Source of the DNA: a virus
Strand: one strand, 5' to 3'
Virus record (IMG/VR): IMGVR_UViG_3300026196_000005
Length of the DNA: 64,000 nt
Program-made: the position numbers and the translations under genes
Part shown: in pieces, positions 61,385-64,000 of the stretch
Layout of the letters: every line of letters begins with the position of its first letter
Numbering within the stretch: position 1 is the first letter of the stretch
Notes under the pieces: model-generated
The model's input: the letters and a program-made list of their open reading frames with translations, nothing else
Told to the model about the DNA's origin: nothing
The model's database searches: none

Positions 61385-61606
61385 TACCGTGTAAAATGTT
61401 AAAACCCTCTCAAATGCCCCTAGAATGCGCTGTAACGAATTTTGCCATTTTTAGGTAAGAACACACATGGGGGGTGCTCAAAACACTAGGGTTATTTCTA
61501 GCACTACATGCTTGTGTTTTCCTATGTGATATGCTTAAAATCGCTTACGCGGCGAATTTGGGGCAATCTATGCCGTGTCTCATTACTTCCACAAATCATA
61601 CAGGGT
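61385..61606. repeat. conserved noncoding element, copy B (see copy A at 23311-23515)
   Basis: Contains the same six modules as copy A in a different order and orientation. The core GGGGGGTGCTCAAAACACTAGGGTTATTT (61469-61497) is the reverse complement of A 23382-23412 (~27/31 identical). Confidence 0.7.
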
Positions 61607-61669
61607 TCCATTTTTATTTTTGCTTAAAATGATTTATGATATAAGAAAAGTTGACACAATAGGTGACTT

Positions 61670-62557
61670 ATGGCAAAAGATTTACTAGACAAAGTTTTAC
61701 AACAGGCACAAACTTCCGTCAATATTCGCTCCATTAAAGATGGTGTGACCTTTGCCACTTCTCCATTAAATTCAATTGATAGTGACCCGCTTATTGCCGA
61801 TGCGCTTAATCGCATATTGGCAGATTATGGCGATTCGGTATCGGTAAAAAATAAAGCAAAATCATTATTAAAGTTTGGTCTAAATCCGAACGTTGGAACA
61901 TCTCGTGCTACCATCTGGTACACCGGGCAAGATCAAGCAAATGAAACATATGTTGCTGATAATGTAAATTCAATTGATACAGTTAGCTCTAATAGTGGAA
62001 GCGATACGGAAGTTGTAACCGTTGAAGGCCATACAATGACGGGTGGCAATCGTACTTTTGTTGTTCAAAATATTACACTATTAGGTCAAAACAAAGCTAC
62101 ACTTGCTACGCCATTGAATAGATGTTCGCGGCTATATCATGCGGGACAATCTGCTACAAATTTAGTGGGCGAGATTTATGTATATGAAGATACGGCAATT
62201 GTAAGTGGAAAGCCATCCGATACTACTAAGATACATTTAACGGTAGCTGCTGGAAGAAATCAATCAGAAAAAGCCAGTACATCATTGGCTAGTACAGATT
62301 ATTGGATAGTGACCGGATTTAGGGGTTCGGTAATTGAAAAGACGGCGGCATTTGCAGATGTGGCCTTGGAAGTTAGACCAGTTGGTGGGGTTTTTCGGGA
62401 AGTGGAAGATGTAACCGCAAGTAATAATGCCGCTGGTATTTTGCAATTTGCACCTTATTTAATTATTCCTAAAAATTCAGATGTTAGGCTTGTTGCTGTG
62501 GCTGATGGCGCGGGTACAGAAGTATCAGGCTCTACTCAGGGTTTTTTAGCTAGTTGA
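61670..62557 (+). CDS. hypothetical beta-rich protein (possible virion protein)
   Basis: 295-aa ORF downstream of the capsid gene; no motif recognised. Confidence 0.4.
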   Translation: MAKDLLDKVLQQAQTSVNIRSIKDGVTFATSPLNSIDSDPLIADALNRILADYGDSVSVKNKAKSLLKFGLNPNVGTSRATIWYTGQDQANETYVADNVNSIDTVSSNSGSDTEVVTVEGHTMTGGNRTFVVQNITLLGQNKATLATPLNRCSRLYHAGQSATNLVGEIYVYEDTAIVSGKPSDTTKIHLTVAAGRNQSEKASTSLASTDYWIVTGFRGSVIEKTAAFADVALEVRPVGGVFREVEDVTASNNAAGILQFAPYLIIPKNSDVRLVAVADGAGTEVSGSTQGFLAS

Positions 62558-62717
62558 CACGCAATACCGGGTTATGTTACCCTATTAACATTCTGATACA
62601 TTTTTATCTCCTGTTTTTTGAGGGCATCCCAAACCGCTGAAAGGGGTGTCCTCTTTTTTTGTCTTAAAGAACGTGCTATTAACGCACAATGTAAGGTTGC
62701 TATTCTATTCTGTTTTT

Positions 62718-62906
62718 ATGGATACAATAGCAAAACACAATGAGACATGCCGCACTTGCGGCAAACAATTTAGTCAGGATGAAACAATCAGAATAACGGC
62801 GCATGGTAAAGAATGCAAAGATACGCATAATTGCATCATGCGATTTTTGCGGAAAAAGGGGGTAAGTTTGCCAGGGCGTAATTATAGATTTGCATGGGAA
62901 TCTTGA
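62718..62906 (+). CDS. small zinc-ribbon-like protein
   Basis: MDTIAKHNETCRTCGKQF...HGKECKDTHNC; start set at ATG 62718. Confidence 0.3.
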   Translation: MDTIAKHNETCRTCGKQFSQDETIRITAHGKECKDTHNCIMRFLRKKGVSLPGRNYRFAWES

Positions 62907-63003
62907 CCTTATATAGGGTTGTATGTTATCTTATTGGTACACAAAAATTCTCCTGTTTTTGTAATTTGAAAGGCACTAGCGTTCTTGCAGTGCCTTTCTT
63001 TTT

Positions 63004-63316
63004 GTCAGATTGATTGTCAGAATTAGATTGTATACTGTTTTTAGTTGAGTAATTAACAACTGAATATGAGTAACACCAGCACCCGCGATCCTAAACAGGT
63101 CGCCAGTGGGCGAGTCTAGTCCACTGCTGATATTGTCCAGGGAAATCAAATTCACAATGCCCTGGGCTTGCATCCTAACAAACGTAATAGTTTGGGTATA
63201 CCGAGCGAAAGGCCAAGCGTAAGAGGGGGGCCGAATAGCCGAGCCTGGTGAGCTATGATTGAAGGGGTGAGCGGTCATAACTAGAATTAAGCATATCCAA
63301 ATGGGTATGCTTTTTT
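63004..63316 (+). ncRNA. candidate ~300-nt structured noncoding RNA (unknown class)
   Basis: Bounded by terminator hairpins (62968-63003 and 63288-63316). Locally GC-rich with several 6-bp hairpins (CAGTGG/CCACTG, CCAGGG/CCCTGG). No + strand ORF, and the - strand ORF lacks an RBS. Confidence 0.3.
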
Positions 63317-63338
63317 TGTTGCATGGTACTTTTGGGTA

Positions 63339-63381
63339 TTGACATAGTTTATAAACTAGTATATACTAAGGGCAGTTGAGA
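63339..63381 (+). promoter_or_regulatory. promoter/leader cassette copy 3
   Basis: TTGACA (63339-63344)-N17-TATACT, overlapping TAGTTTATAA (63345-63354), then CAGTTGAGA (63373-63381). Confidence 0.55.
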
Positions 63382-63405
63382 GATAAAAATATCAGATAAA
63401 AGGAA

Positions 63406-63612
63406 ATGAAAATGAATCAGCAAATTAAAGATAATCAAGAATACGTTCAAACAATCGTTAATCAATTTCAGTCTGGTCTGCTAAACTCAGGAAAAGCAGC
63501 AGAATTTTTGCAAAACGCAGAAGATTTTATTCTACGTCATAACGGCGGCTCAGATTACGATTCTCTTTGTAGTCAAGTTATCAAAGCAAAGATTATGTTT
63601 TTGGAGGCATAA
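63406..63612 (+). CDS. hypothetical protein
   Basis: 68-aa ORF with AAGGAA RBS, downstream of promoter cassette 3. Confidence 0.4.
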   Translation: MKMNQQIKDNQEYVQTIVNQFQSGLLNSGKAAEFLQNAEDFILRHNGGSDYDSLCSQVIKAKIMFLEA

Positions 63613-63614
63613 AC

Positions 63615-63866
63615 GTGAGCAATTTATACGAAAAAGCATTGGTAGTAATGCCAGACAAAAGCGAAATTCCTATTCAAAAATTAATTGACGTTGTAACCCT
63701 TGACACACTCACTCCATATAAACTTCAATGGATAGAACTAATGGTAAAGGCACAACTAGAAAACGACAATGCAATAGACTGCTTAATAGTAAAACCAGGA
63801 ATGAGCGAATACGTTTATCGACAAATTATCTACTATGCCATTGATGCAATGATGGGAGATCAATAA
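63615..63866 (+). CDS. hypothetical protein
   Basis: 83-aa ORF (GTG start) following GGAGG; a terminator lies at 63899-63925. Confidence 0.35.
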   Translation: MSNLYEKALVVMPDKSEIPIQKLIDVVTLDTLTPYKLQWIELMVKAQLENDNAIDCLIVKPGMSEYVYRQIIYYAIDAMMGDQ

Positions 63867-63926
63867 GTCGATTTTTCTTTTGAAATCTTATGATCAAATA
63901 AGCCACCAATACATGGTGGCTTTTTT

Positions 63927-63956
63927 GTTGCAATCTACAATATACCTGTGCTACAA
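63927..63956 (+). promoter_or_regulatory. promoter of the TTGCAA-N18-(TGC)TACAAT family
   Basis: TTGCAA...TGCTACAATGGCAC. The same -10 context (TGCTAYAATG) occurs at 28735, 42990 and 50870. Confidence 0.5.
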
Positions 63957-64000
63957 TGGCACTATGGAAACAGTACGTCATAATTTATACATCCCCCAAG

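Larger units (their letters stand above)
796..62572. repeat. dispersed highly iterated motif ATACMGGGT / ACCCKGTAT (~69 exact copies by manual scan)
   Basis: See the findings entry for the position list. Occurs on both strands, in all codon phases, in intergenic hairpins, and in both gene orientations. Confidence 0.85.

Noticed and set aside
23311-61606. Interpreting the flipped 45-bp core of the two noncoding elements as an active invertible switch
   Set aside because: No invertase or recombinase gene is visible. Flanking inverted repeats are clear only in copy B (AACACACATG / CATGCTTGTGTT). The two copies are different loci, not alternative states of one locus. It is reported only as shuffled modules.
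63070-63100. Possible tracrRNA anti-repeat: CACCAGCACCCGCGATCCTAAACAGG (63.07 kb) and AAAACCGCGTGGCAC (~31.43 kb) versus the CRISPR repeat
   Set aside because: Complementarity is broken into 3-4-nt blocks (AGG / CGCG / GGTG) with bulges. This is not better than expected for a GC-rich 29-mer. The AAGACCACC segment next to the array is a slightly better but still weak candidate.
62976-63278. 100-aa minus-strand ORF in the 63.0-63.3 kb GC-rich island
   Set aside because: It has no RBS and lies antisense to the flanking + strand terminators and promoters. It is kept only as part of a low-confidence ncRNA candidate.
1-64000. The cyanobacterial HIP1 palindrome (GCGATCGC) as an explanation for the iterated motif, and tRNA/tmRNA genes
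   Set aside because: I saw no GCGATCGC enrichment, and the iterated motif is unrelated. No T-loop (GGTTCGAnTCC-like) cloverleaf candidates were found outside coding sequence.

Overview
The window looks like most of a tailed dsDNA phage genome, siphovirus-like (1264-aa tape measure, no sheath gene seen). It could also be a prophage or phage-plasmid. GC is about 40% by eye. No rRNA or tRNA genes and no integrase were found. Layout: (1) 1-23.1 kb, + strand: a glycosylation island (kinase/methyltransferase fusion, 1044-aa triple glycosyltransferase), then tail genes. These are a tail-tube-like protein with BNR/Asp-box repeats, G/GT-type chaperones, tape measure, and tail/baseplate proteins interrupted by two more glycosyltransferases and a sulfotransferase-like gene. 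A protein with 44 consecutive Thr and a LamG-like protein follow, then a lysis cassette and a LuxR-type regulator. (2) 23.6-31.2 kb, + strand: early/recombination/host-takeover genes (RHH, ERCC4 nuclease, RecT-like, Cas4-like exonuclease, Lar-like, J-domain, vWA, DNA MTase, endonuclease VII, MazG). (3) 31.7-39.6 kb, - strand: a toxin-antitoxin-like pair, HNH, M23+3D peptidoglycan hydrolase, FtsK/TraB-like ATPase and membrane proteins. (4) 39.7-50.2 kb, + strand: small ORFs, HNH, prim-pol, D5/P4-type primase-helicase, an iteron-rich putative origin, a short C5-MTase-like gene, TerS and TerL. (5) 50.2-64 kb: small genes, denV, and a 392-aa TnpB-like RuvC nuclease followed by a 4-repeat CRISPR array. 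Then come a portal fused to a 2H-phosphoesterase and a gp7-like domain, protease/scaffold, and major capsid. Most notable findings: the phage-borne miniature TnpB-like nuclease plus CRISPR array with no adaptation genes; a 9-mer, ATACMGGGT, present about 70 times on both strands and in all reading frames against about 1 expected; covarying leader hairpins with an invariant CGUCAGGCG apex before three structural operons; two shuffled copies of a ~200-bp noncoding element; a 9x GATC cluster; and a virion glycosylation island next to a poly-Thr tract. All calls rest on motif recognition by eye. Hand-derived coordinates may be off by 1-2 nt.
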